A DNA stretch of 64,000 nt from Theionarchaea archaeon (GTDB lineage Archaea > Methanobacteriota_B > Thermococci > Methanofastidiosales > SZ-28-30), in assembly GCA_018992685.1 (NCBI GenBank), contig JACVGT010000008.1, forward strand, positions 3,257 to 67,256, in the 5' to 3' direction. Below the pieces are notes generated by a model. The model was not told where the DNA came from. It searched no databases and worked only from the letters and a program-made list of their open reading frames with translations. Positions 10,031-19,087 of the stretch are shown here, one piece after another (within the stretch, counting starts at the first letter, position 1; each line of letters starts with the position of its first letter). Made by a program: the position numbers and the translations under genes.

Positions 10031-10166
10031 CGGACCTGGGGGGATTCGAACCCCCGACCTACAGCTTTCTTCGCCTCTGCTAACTCTCTTTAGATCATTG
10101 AATCATCGAGCGGATATTCATCATCGGCATAGGAGGCTGTTGCCCTATCCTCTAGGCTACAGGTCC
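10031..10166 (-). tRNA. tRNA-Arg(CCU): tRNA-Arg (anticodon CCU) with a ~63-nt intron in the anticodon loop (canonical 37/38 position)
   Basis: The reverse complement folds as a cloverleaf: acceptor GGACCUG/CAGGUCC, D-arm GCCU-AGAGGAUA-GGGC, anticodon stem ACAGC/GCUGU with loop CU-CCU-A[intron]A, T-arm GGGGG-UUCGAAU-CCCCC, discriminator G. No CCA is encoded. Confidence 0.8.
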
Positions 10167-10321
10167 TATTCTATACTTCTGGACAGAATATATAACTCTT
10201 TCGAATCCTCTCTCTTCAGAGAGGCTGGCCTTTCCTCCCCTGTATCCTTCATCATAGACTACATCAGGTGGCAATCCTCTAAGAGGAACAGATTCAGACA
10301 TCGGAGTCCTTCCACCGGATC

Positions 10322-10807
10322 CTAGGGAAATATATACTCCAGGAGCCTTTTTCCCAGTTCCACAACCTCCCAGAAATGGTCAGTTCCTACGAGGTACCCT
10401 GCAGAGAACAAGAGAGCAACCAAACATCCCACAGGAAAGGAACCAATGCTGTCATTGGACACTCCCCAACCCCCAATGCCTATCTGATTCCCCCTGTGAG
10501 GCACTGGCCACAGAACGTACACGGGAGAACTGCTGAACATGTCCATCGCAATATGGAGACACATCCCCATGAGCCAGTACATTAGAAAAGGAACCCAGTA
10601 AGACAGCACTCCCACCGCTCCAGCTACAAATACATTATGGAGAAGTCTCCGGTGAACTCCCTGGGAGCTCACAGGAATATCCACAATATCCAGGTCACAG
10701 AACAGTCCGCCGAATACAATGAGGGACGCTGTCAGAGGAGGACAGCCTGCCAGCATTGCTGCTGTAGCCAGTATCAATCCACCTACCAAGTGGGCCTTTT
10801 GGTTCAT
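10322..10807 (-). CDS. Membrane-bound metal-dependent hydrolase (YdjM/DUF457-like)
   Basis: 161 aa and polytopic. His/Asp-rich motifs (HLVGG, DLDIVD, HRRLLHN, HIAMD) are typical of the LexA-regulated YdjM family. Confidence 0.45.
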   Translation of the reverse strand: MNQKAHLVGGLILATAAMLAGCPPLTASLIVFGGLFCDLDIVDIPVSSQGVHRRLLHNVFVAGAVGVLSYWVPFLMYWLMGMCLHIAMDMFSSSPVYVLWPVPHRGNQIGIGGWGVSNDSIGSFPVGCLVALLFSAGYLVGTDHFWEVVELGKRLLEYIFP

Positions 10808-10994
10808 GGAGATACCTGTCCCAACCAGTTATAAGGCTGTTCATTTCAGGTTGTGTAGAGAGGTTTCCGGGTGTTTCACATGATATGTTCCTTCCAGACC
10901 ATGAAATGTCAAACCAGAAAAAACTGAAAGAACCATCCTCCCTCAGCCACCTGACCATGTGAACCCTTAAAAACATCAGCCCGAATTTCATCAC

Positions 10995-12731
10995 ATGAAG
11001 ATTGTTCCTGATACCAGTATTGTCATTGACGGACGGTTGAAACGGTTTCTTGAACGCACCACGGTGGACGAAATCGTCCTCCCTGAGCTCGTCATTGCAG
11101 AAATAGAACATAATGCCAACAAAGGAACACGGATAGGCATCTCTGGGCTAGAGGAACTGGCTGAAGTCAGACAGTACTGTCTCATTAACCAGATAACGTT
11201 AACGTACTATGGGGGAAGGACGCAGGATTATCGAGATATGGATGAAAAAATCAGAAAAGTTGCAGAAGAAACAGATTCCATCCTGGTCACAGGGGATTTC
11301 GTCCAGGGAAAGATTGCAGAAGCCAAAGGGATTCCCTGCTTCATTCTGGAGAAAGACGTGGAAACTGAAATGAAAATTGAAGATTTCTTTGATCCCCAGA
11401 CACTTTCTGTTCACCTAAAAGAAGATCTACCCGTCCTCCTGAAGACAGGAAAACCAGGGGATATCGACCTGGTGAGAACCCAGCGAACACTGAACAAAGA
11501 AGAACTGGAGGCAATTGCACTGGACATTGTTGAAAGGGCCCGCCAATCTCAGGATTCTTTCATCGAACTGGATGAAAAAGGAGCGACTGTGGTCCAGCTA
11601 CGAGAGTACCGTATTGCCATCACCCAGCCACCATTCTCTGACCGCATGGAGATCACTGCAGTGAAACCATTGAAAAAATTGGGTCTACCAGAGTATTCCG
11701 TTTCAGACAGGCTGCTGAAGAGGCTGGAAAAAGCAGAGGGAATCCTGGTATCCGGATCTCCTGGTGCTGGGAAATCTACCTTTGTGCAGAGTCTGGCTGA
11801 ATTCTACAAAGACAAGGGTAAAATCGTCAAGACCATGGAGAGACCCAGAGATCTTCAAGTTTCTGAAGAGATCACTCAGTACACTGCTTTGAAGGGGTCT
11901 ATGGCCAAGACAGCAGACATTTTGCTGTTGACCAGGCCGGATTTCACCGTTTTTGATGAAATGCGCAGGACGGAGGACTTCCAGGTATTTGCTGACATGC
12001 GACTGGCTGGAGTGGGCATGGTGGGGGTGGTGCATGCGACAAATGCTATTGACGCAGTGCAGCGGTTTATTGGACGGATTGAACTGGGGATGATCCCACA
12101 GGTCATCGACACCATTATCCACATAGAGAATGGAGATATTGGCACAGTGCTAAACCTGACATTCTCAGTGAAAGTACCCGTCGGCATGAGTGAACCTGAC
12201 CTGGCCCGTCCTGTTATTGAGGCCAAGGACTTTGAATCAGGGGTGTGTGAATTCGAGATCTATTCATATGGAGAACAGATCGTGGTTATGCCCGTGAAAA
12301 AGCACAAACCCTCTCCCCCAAAGAAGATACTCAAGAATATAGACAAGTTCGTGGGAGTGGACTACCGGCTGGAACAGGTGGCACCCAACAGGGGTGTCCT
12401 GTACGTTCCAAAAGATGCCATGGCTGAGATTATCGGGAAAAAGGGAAGGACCATCTCTCAGATCGAAAAAGAAGTGAACATGAAACTGGACGTGAAGCCC
12501 ATGGAAGAGCAAATCCCGGCAACTCTTGATTTTACACGAAGGGGGGGACGTCTTTCTGTGAGCAGACGATACAGGAATATCCCTCTGACCTTTTACTGCC
12601 AGGGAGAGCCTCTCTTTTCTGCTACCGTGGGGAAAAAAGGAGTGATAAAGATCGATATGCAAAACAAGCTTGCACAGACGCTCCATGACATCTGGAGCAG
12701 GGGCGACACTGTTTATGCTAAGGAGGAATAG
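10995..12731 (+). CDS. PIN-domain / PhoH-PilT-like ATPase / KH-domain protein (COG1855 family)
   Basis: N-terminal PIN (MKIVPDTSIVIDG...), Walker A 'SGSPGAGKST', and a C-terminal KH motif 'IIGKKGRTISQIEKE'. 578 aa. Confidence 0.8.
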   Translation: MKIVPDTSIVIDGRLKRFLERTTVDEIVLPELVIAEIEHNANKGTRIGISGLEELAEVRQYCLINQITLTYYGGRTQDYRDMDEKIRKVAEETDSILVTGDFVQGKIAEAKGIPCFILEKDVETEMKIEDFFDPQTLSVHLKEDLPVLLKTGKPGDIDLVRTQRTLNKEELEAIALDIVERARQSQDSFIELDEKGATVVQLREYRIAITQPPFSDRMEITAVKPLKKLGLPEYSVSDRLLKRLEKAEGILVSGSPGAGKSTFVQSLAEFYKDKGKIVKTMERPRDLQVSEEITQYTALKGSMAKTADILLLTRPDFTVFDEMRRTEDFQVFADMRLAGVGMVGVVHATNAIDAVQRFIGRIELGMIPQVIDTIIHIENGDIGTVLNLTFSVKVPVGMSEPDLARPVIEAKDFESGVCEFEIYSYGEQIVVMPVKKHKPSPPKKILKNIDKFVGVDYRLEQVAPNRGVLYVPKDAMAEIIGKKGRTISQIEKEVNMKLDVKPMEEQIPATLDFTRRGGRLSVSRRYRNIPLTFYCQGEPLFSATVGKKGVIKIDMQNKLAQTLHDIWSRGDTVYAKEE

Positions 12732-12806
12732 TGCAGCTCTCTTGATTCCGGGGCACAGGTCGCATTCTACAACTATCTTTTTATACTTGCTACCGGATTA
12801 CAATCC

Positions 12807-13073
12807 ATGAAGCTGGTTAAAGAAGGTAAAGCTGGAACTAATGATGATTCTGACATTCTCATAGAAGTACAGCCTGCTGACACTGTCACGATTGAACTGG
12901 AAAGCAGAGTTAACACGTTGTATGGAAAGAAAATCCGGGAAGTCATTATGGAGACAGTGGAAACCCTCCAGGTAGAAGGGTGTGCCATTTCTGCCCATGA
13001 TAATGGAGCACTTGACTATACGATCCGTGCGCGCGTTGAAGCTGCAATACGACTGGCGGGAGGGATTGAATGA
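12807..13073 (+). CDS. citD: Citrate lyase acyl carrier protein (gamma subunit)
   Basis: 88 aa. 'MKLVKEGKAGTNDDSDILIEV...HDNGALDYTIRARVEAAIRLAG' aligns with E. coli CitD, including the prosthetic-group Ser14. Confidence 0.85.
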   Translation: MKLVKEGKAGTNDDSDILIEVQPADTVTIELESRVNTLYGKKIREVIMETVETLQVEGCAISAHDNGALDYTIRARVEAAIRLAGGIE

Positions 13074-13912
13074 TACGCAGATCTCGACTGTACATTCCTG
13101 GAAACAATCCCAAGATGATGCAGAGTGGCAAAGCATTGAACCCTGATGTCATTCTGCTGGACTTAGAGGACTCAGTCCCTCTACACGATAAATTGGCTGC
13201 ACGTCTCCTGGTGAGAGAGGCCATCACATTCCTGCAATTTAGAAAAGAAGTCATGGTGAGGATAAATCACTTCCCCATGGGAAAAGAGGATCTGAAAGAG
13301 GTTGTATGCGAGCAGGTGGATTCTGTTCTCTACCCAAAGTCGGAATCGTCTCAGGATATCGAAGAAGTTGCTGAACTGCTGGATGAATTGGAGAGCGCCA
13401 GATCACTCTCCAAGAGAATTGACATCGTGCCGGTAATTGAAACTGCCCGAGGGTGCCTGCGCTGTGAAGAAATCGCACTCTCGCCCAGGGTCTCTGCTAT
13501 CACTTTTGGAGCGGAGGACTTTGTGGCAGATATTGGAGGCACCAGAACCAGGGAAAGTCTGTTCCATGTGAAATCAACCCTTGCTGTTGCTGCTGCAGCA
13601 GCAGGGATCCAGGCCCTGGACACGGTATATCCTTTTATTGATGATGAGAAAGGGCTGAAAAAAGAAGCAGAAGAGAGCAAAGCCATGGGATTCTGCGGTA
13701 AGGGCGCCATCCACCCTCTGCAGCTGGCTGTAATCCATGAGGTATTCTCCCCGTCTGCAGAAGAGATAGCGTGGGCACAGAAGGTCATTGAAGCACTGAA
13801 AGATGCAGAAGAAAAGGGGAGAGCAGCTGCACAGCTTGAAGGACGGATGATTGATACGCCCACCTTGAAGAAAGCTCATCGCATCATGGAAACATACAAG
13901 GTGATGACGTGA
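13070..13912 (+). CDS. citE: Citrate lyase beta subunit (citryl-CoA lyase, HpcH/CitE family)
   Basis: 'RSRLYIPGNNPKMMQSG...DVILLDLEDSV' and 'GAEDFVADIGG' are CitE signatures. There is a 4-bp overlap with citD. Confidence 0.85.
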   Translation: MIRRSRLYIPGNNPKMMQSGKALNPDVILLDLEDSVPLHDKLAARLLVREAITFLQFRKEVMVRINHFPMGKEDLKEVVCEQVDSVLYPKSESSQDIEEVAELLDELESARSLSKRIDIVPVIETARGCLRCEEIALSPRVSAITFGAEDFVADIGGTRTRESLFHVKSTLAVAAAAAGIQALDTVYPFIDDEKGLKKEAEESKAMGFCGKGAIHPLQLAVIHEVFSPSAEEIAWAQKVIEALKDAEEKGRAAAQLEGRMIDTPTLKKAHRIMETYKVMT

Positions 13913-15441
13913 TTGTAAACGCTGCAGGCAGAACGCTCCCCGAGCAGATTGGAGGCCAGAAGGTTGAACCCTTCAGAGGAGCATTTGCCACACCTCCCCG
14001 GAAGAAGAGACTGTCTCCTAAGCTCTCGTACGTGAAACCCAGCGAGGACAAACTCATTTCTCTGGAAGATGCTGTCAAGAACTACGTGAAAGATGGCATG
14101 ACCATTTCGTTCCATCACCATCTGCGGGATGGGGACTACCTGGTGAACCAAGTGCTGGAGATGGTTTCCGACCTGGGGATCAAGGATATTGTCCTGGCAT
14201 CCACAGCACTCTTCCCCGTTCACGAACCTGTGGTGCAGCACCTGATGGAAGGCACCGTGCGCCGGATTGAAGGTAGTATGAATGGGCCGGTGGGAAGGGC
14301 GTGCTCTTTCGGACGCATGAAGGAAATAGCCACTCTCAGAGACCATGGGGGGAGAGCAGCTGCTGTTGAAATGGGAGACCTTCCCATTGATGTGGCCTTC
14401 ATTGCTGCTCCTACTGCAGACACCTACGGCAACTGCAATGGCGTCCACGGAAAATCAGCCTGTGGTCCCCTGGGTTATTCCTACCCAGACTCGCTCTACG
14501 CCAAGAAAGTCATTGCAGTCACTGACAACCTGGTAGAATATCCCGCAACCCCCATGAGCATCCATCAGACTCATGTGGATCACGTGGCTGAGATTGAAAC
14601 CATTGGGAATCCGGAACGAATAGTTTCAGGCACCACACAGGTCACCAGAAGTCCCACTAATTTGCAGATAGCAGATTTCGTGATAGAGACCATGGATGCT
14701 CTGGGAATTATCAGCAAAGGAGCTTCGATCCAGGCAGGCGCTGGAGGGATTTCCCTTTCTGTTACTTCTCAGATGGGAGATCTGATGGAAGACCGCCACG
14801 TGGTGGGCGGGTTTGGATTGGGGGGTGTTACCCAGTATCTGGTGGACATGCTGCACAGGGGGGTCATCCGAAAGATTCTGGATGCCCAGTGCTTTGATCT
14901 CACTGCAGTCCAGTCACTGCGGGAAGATCCCGATCATGTAGAAATCAACATGATCTACAGCAGCCCATACAACAAAGGGTCTGTATACAACCAGCTGGAC
15001 GCAGCGTTCCTGGGTGCTACAGAAGTGGATGTGGATTTCAATGTCAATGTCAACACCCATTCTGACGGACTGCTGCTTCATGGCATTGGGGGTCACCAGG
15101 GGCCTGCAGCCTGTGCCAAGGTCACCTTTATTACGGTACCCCTGTACAGAAAGAGAATTCCTGTGGTTCGGGACAGAGTAACAACAATTACCACTCCCGG
15201 AGAGGTCATTGATGTCATTGCCACAGAATACGGTATTGCTGTAAATCCCAGGCGAAAAGATATCCTGAAACAGGTTGAAAAAGCCAAGATACCAGTGCTG
15301 ACAATTGAAGAATTGAAAAAAGAAGCATATGACCTGTGTGGGGAGCCCGAACTTCCTGAAACCACAGATGACATTGTGGCTGCAATCCAGTGGAGAGACG
15401 GAACTGTCCTGGATACGGTAAAAAGAGTCGTGGAGACATAG
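13909..15441 (+). CDS. citF: Citrate lyase alpha subunit (citrate CoA-transferase)
   Basis: 510 aa with full-length similarity to CitF (PF04223). There is a 4-bp overlap with citE. Confidence 0.8.
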   Translation: MIVNAAGRTLPEQIGGQKVEPFRGAFATPPRKKRLSPKLSYVKPSEDKLISLEDAVKNYVKDGMTISFHHHLRDGDYLVNQVLEMVSDLGIKDIVLASTALFPVHEPVVQHLMEGTVRRIEGSMNGPVGRACSFGRMKEIATLRDHGGRAAAVEMGDLPIDVAFIAAPTADTYGNCNGVHGKSACGPLGYSYPDSLYAKKVIAVTDNLVEYPATPMSIHQTHVDHVAEIETIGNPERIVSGTTQVTRSPTNLQIADFVIETMDALGIISKGASIQAGAGGISLSVTSQMGDLMEDRHVVGGFGLGGVTQYLVDMLHRGVIRKILDAQCFDLTAVQSLREDPDHVEINMIYSSPYNKGSVYNQLDAAFLGATEVDVDFNVNVNTHSDGLLLHGIGGHQGPAACAKVTFITVPLYRKRIPVVRDRVTTITTPGEVIDVIATEYGIAVNPRRKDILKQVEKAKIPVLTIEELKKEAYDLCGEPELPETTDDIVAAIQWRDGTVLDTVKRVVET

Positions 15442-15482
15442 CGTGTCCCTTGCCCCCTCGCAACCCCAAGAGCCTGGAACCC

Positions 15483-16019
15483 ATGTTGATGGAGGACATC
15501 GAGCATTTTGCTGAATCCTGTTGCCAGCAGGATCCTGAAGACCCGCATCTTTTTGCTCACGTGCAGCTGGTAAGACAGTTTGCTGTGGAACTTGCCCGTT
15601 CCGAAACCGCAGACAGTGACGTGTGCGAGATAGCAGCCCTGCTCCATGATATTGGGAAGTGCACGGGAAGAAAAGATCATCACATAACTGGACGAGAGAT
15701 GGCAGAACACGTTCTGGAGACAGTCACCCTCCAACAGGAAAGGAAAGACCTGATTCTGAAGTGTATTGTGAACCGCAGAGCCATCCCTTCAGAGGATGAC
15801 GAGATTGAAGTCAGGATCGTGCAATCTGCTGACTGCCTGGGAGCACTCTTCCATGATGAATGGCAGGAGCACTGCAGGAAGACAATGTCTCGGGACGTAC
15901 TCATGCAGTTTTATAATGAAGGCTGCTTTCAAAGGCTCAGTATTGAATCTGCAAGAGCAATTGCCCTGCCCCGGCTGGAAATCCTGAAGGAACGGCTTAT
16001 CACAGAATCCTTCCACTGA
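15483..16019 (+). CDS. HD-domain phosphohydrolase. Probable start is MLMEDIEHF; the track ORF starts at 15390, overlapping citF.
   Basis: 'IAALLHDIGK...H' is an HD motif. The product is ~178 aa. Confidence 0.65.
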   Translation: MLMEDIEHFAESCCQQDPEDPHLFAHVQLVRQFAVELARSETADSDVCEIAALLHDIGKCTGRKDHHITGREMAEHVLETVTLQQERKDLILKCIVNRRAIPSEDDEIEVRIVQSADCLGALFHDEWQEHCRKTMSRDVLMQFYNEGCFQRLSIESARAIALPRLEILKERLITESFH

Positions 16020-16064
16020 CCCAGACCAGATGTATTCTCTCCGGGACACGGAATAGGACATGGG

Positions 16065-16658
16065 CTACCTGTGTTCTACAACATGCATGGCGAGATCTGC
16101 TAGGGTCTTCAGTATCAGAAACACCACCAGGGGAAGTGTCCCTGGCGAAATCACTCCAAAAACAATGATGACCAGATGCATGGGAAGGATACGAACGTAG
16201 GGAAAGAACATCACCCTGCCGATATTCGGTATCTTTTTCCTGTCCTGCCCCCTATTGTACCTGAATGAGAAGAAGTGATTAACTAGGAACACGAGAGATC
16301 CCAGTGCCACATACGGTATTTCAACGTGACCGCTCTGGGTAACCAGAAATGTCCCATAAATGAAGTGAAAGAACCCATAGTGGAGAGAGAAGAAAGTGGC
16401 CACCTGGCGTCTGGTCTTTGCAGTGGGAGGAACAGACTGATGGTTCATTGTGAACCCTTCTGTTGAGAACTTCTGCAGTGATAGAATGCGCGCGACATTG
16501 AACCCTCCAAGAATGACACTCTGGACCCAGTATACCGTCATGAGGGTACGCAGAGACCATGGTTCAACGAGAGCACAAACAATGGTGACGCCGTTGGAGA
16601 AAAGGAGCACCCAGAAGGATACGTCTTTATAGAAGTGTACAGGTCCTGGGTTGTTCAT
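16065..16658 (-). CDS. Hypothetical polytopic membrane protein
   Basis: 197 aa with 5-6 predicted TM helices. No recognisable motif. Confidence 0.5.
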   Translation of the reverse strand: MNNPGPVHFYKDVSFWVLLFSNGVTIVCALVEPWSLRTLMTVYWVQSVILGGFNVARILSLQKFSTEGFTMNHQSVPPTAKTRRQVATFFSLHYGFFHFIYGTFLVTQSGHVEIPYVALGSLVFLVNHFFSFRYNRGQDRKKIPNIGRVMFFPYVRILPMHLVIIVFGVISPGTLPLVVFLILKTLADLAMHVVEHR

Positions 16659-16737
16659 GCATGCACTCTAAGAGCAGCTATAAAAGGATTTCTTTCCTAT
16701 TTCTGGCTGTAACCCCCTCTGCTGTAAACCTTTAAAT

Positions 16738-17319
16738 ATGTCAACTGCCCAGACATACAAATGGATCCAGTTCGTGCAGCACGGATCGACAGGAGGGACT
16801 ACCATGAATGAAGAATATCTCAGAAAGACATTTCCTCAAATAGATCTCATAAAAGACCCTGATCTCAGAAAAAAAGTCATTTCTACATTCTTAAAGACTG
16901 CTCAGAGTGGAGGCTGGGATACGCTTGAAGGAATACCTTTCACCCTGCTCACCGATACATCAGTTACCTTTGCGGACCATACCAAGGCAGTGACTGACAT
17001 GGCTGTCCACTGTGCAGATGTCATGCAGAAGTTCGTTCCCATCAACCGGGACTATGTGGTGGCAGGTGGGCTCTTACACGACGTGGGAAAGCTGCTGGAA
17101 TATCAGAAGAAAGAAGGGAAGGTCACCCAGAGCAGGTATGGTGCCTTGCTGCGGCATCCCGTGTCCGGTGCAGTCATTGCTGGTGAAGTCGGTCTTCCCC
17201 CGGAGATCATCCACATTATTAGTGCCCACTCCAAAGAAGGTGATGCTGTCAAGAGAATTCCTGAAGCCATCATCATCCATCACTGCGATTTCGTACACTT
17301 TGAGAGTTTGAAGAAATAG
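16738..17319 (+). CDS. HD-domain phosphohydrolase
   Basis: 'VAGGLLHDVGKLLEY...IISAHSKEGD...IIHHCDF' gives HD-domain metal ligands. 193 aa. Confidence 0.7.
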   Translation: MSTAQTYKWIQFVQHGSTGGTTMNEEYLRKTFPQIDLIKDPDLRKKVISTFLKTAQSGGWDTLEGIPFTLLTDTSVTFADHTKAVTDMAVHCADVMQKFVPINRDYVVAGGLLHDVGKLLEYQKKEGKVTQSRYGALLRHPVSGAVIAGEVGLPPEIIHIISAHSKEGDAVKRIPEAIIIHHCDFVHFESLKK

Positions 17320-17404
17320 ACTGTTGCAGGTACCCCGTGAGACCTTCATACTCGAGTCAGGAGAACCAGGCTGCCCCGGGAATCTGCAATATTTATATTG
17401 ATAT

Positions 17405-18808
17405 ATGAGAATGCGTGCTGGAGGTTTTCTCATGGAATCTATCAGTCAAAAAATGGCACAATTCGCCCTCCGCCTGGAGTATAAGGACATCCCTCCAGAG
17501 GCGGTGAAGGAGGCTAAACGATTCCTCCTGGACAGCATCGGATGTGCCCTGGCTGCCTGTCATAATGAGGACATGGATAATGCAGTGCAGTATATTACAA
17601 ATTTAGGCGGGCACCCACAATCCACCATCATTGGATATGGACACAAAACCAACATGCCAAATGCAGCCCTGATGAACTCTCTTCTCATACGAGCTCTTGA
17701 TTACAATGACATCTACTGGAAGCAGGACCCGTCTCACCCTTCAGATATTATTCCCGCTGCCCTATGTCCTGGTGAATACCGACACTGCTCTGGAAAAGAG
17801 CTGATCACCAGTATTGTCATTGCGTATGAACTTGAGATGCGCCTGTGTCTGGCAGCTCATCCCGGTGTGCGGGAAGTCGGGTGGCACCATGCTACCCTGA
17901 CCCAGTTCGTCAGCCCCATCGTGGCAGGCGTCTCCCTGGGATTGACAGAGGAACAGATAGTGGCTGCTGTGGGCATCTCTGGATCTTCTCACTCCACCTT
18001 CGGTGGCGTGGTGGCAGGAGCTCTCACCAACATGAAGAACACGGCAGATCCCATGGCGACAGAAGCGGGTGTGCGGGCAGCCATGCTCGCTCAAACGGGA
18101 TATACAGGACCTGTCCACGTGTATGAAGGAAAAGAGGGGTTGTTCCAGGTCATCAACAATGTCAAGTGGGATGAATCCATACTTACTGAGCATCTGGGCA
18201 CGGACTTTCTGATTACCCAGTGTGAGTACAAGGCCTTCCCCACTGAAGCCTTGACCCATCAGCCAATAACTGCTGTCTTAACCCTCATGGAGGAGAACAC
18301 CGTTGACCCACACCAGGTCACAGAAATCCTCGTTGAAACTACCACACGGGGAGCTGACATTCTGTCTGATCCCTCAAAGTACAACCCCACCACCAAGGAG
18401 ACAGCTGATCACTCCCTTCCCTACTGTATTGCGGTAGCTGCAGCCAAGGGGAACGTACTGCCCAGTGACTTTGAGGAACAAGCACTCTTTGACCCTCTGG
18501 TGCGGGAGTTGATCAAAAAGGTGAAAGTGGTCGCCAATCCGGAAATTGATTCCCTCTTCCCCAAGATCAAGCGTGCCGTCTGTTCCATAACCACCAAAGA
18601 GGGAAAGACGTACACGAGACAGGAAGATTTCGCCAGGGGAAGCACAGGATATCCCATGACAGACCAAGAGCTCGTCAGCAAGTTCAAAGCGAACTCAGGT
18701 ACTCAGATGTCAGAATCACGTCTTGAAAAGATTACGGATGCCACCTTCAACTGCGAAAAGTTCACAGATATCACCGATTACATGGAAATCCTTGTTAGCG
18801 ACCTGTAA
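17405..18808 (+). CDS. MmgE/PrpD-family protein (2-methylcitrate dehydratase / cis-aconitate decarboxylase superfamily)
   Basis: 467 aa with full-length PrpD-like architecture ('RFLLDSIGCALAA...ALMNSLLIRALDYNDIY'). The probable start is MESISQK at 17432. Confidence 0.8.
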   Translation: MRMRAGGFLMESISQKMAQFALRLEYKDIPPEAVKEAKRFLLDSIGCALAACHNEDMDNAVQYITNLGGHPQSTIIGYGHKTNMPNAALMNSLLIRALDYNDIYWKQDPSHPSDIIPAALCPGEYRHCSGKELITSIVIAYELEMRLCLAAHPGVREVGWHHATLTQFVSPIVAGVSLGLTEEQIVAAVGISGSSHSTFGGVVAGALTNMKNTADPMATEAGVRAAMLAQTGYTGPVHVYEGKEGLFQVINNVKWDESILTEHLGTDFLITQCEYKAFPTEALTHQPITAVLTLMEENTVDPHQVTEILVETTTRGADILSDPSKYNPTTKETADHSLPYCIAVAAAKGNVLPSDFEEQALFDPLVRELIKKVKVVANPEIDSLFPKIKRAVCSITTKEGKTYTRQEDFARGSTGYPMTDQELVSKFKANSGTQMSESRLEKITDATFNCEKFTDITDYMEILVSDL

Positions 18809-18855
18809 TTTCCTTTTCTTTCTTTCTTGAATGTTTTCATTTTCTATCTTCTTGA
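18809..18855 (+). terminator. Oligo-T terminator after the PrpD-like gene
   Basis: tttccttttctttctttcttgaatgttttcattttc, with T-runs directly after the stop. Confidence 0.4.
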
Positions 18856-19087
18856 AATGACCTGTGTTATTGAACCAGAACTCTGGGGAATGTCCTCTGG
18901 TCATTTTCAAATGCTCAGTACGGCACGTGCAGTTCAAACCTCCTCATAGTGCCTCTTACACGGGTAGTTCTTCATCTACTTTACATAAGTAAATATAACT
19001 GAATTCCAGGACTGGAATCAAAGCACGGTACCGTATTTGTTCCACAACATTTAAAAGGTAGATGCAGAATAACGAGCAGGTGTTACT

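Noticed and set aside
13351-14448. Two long minus-strand ORFs (170 and 190 aa)
   Set aside because: They are embedded antisense within citE/citF, whose products have full-length homology. They are artefacts of a GC-rich open antisense frame.
15093-15734. 213-aa minus-strand ORF
   Set aside because: Antisense to the citF 3' end and the HD-domain gene. No motifs.
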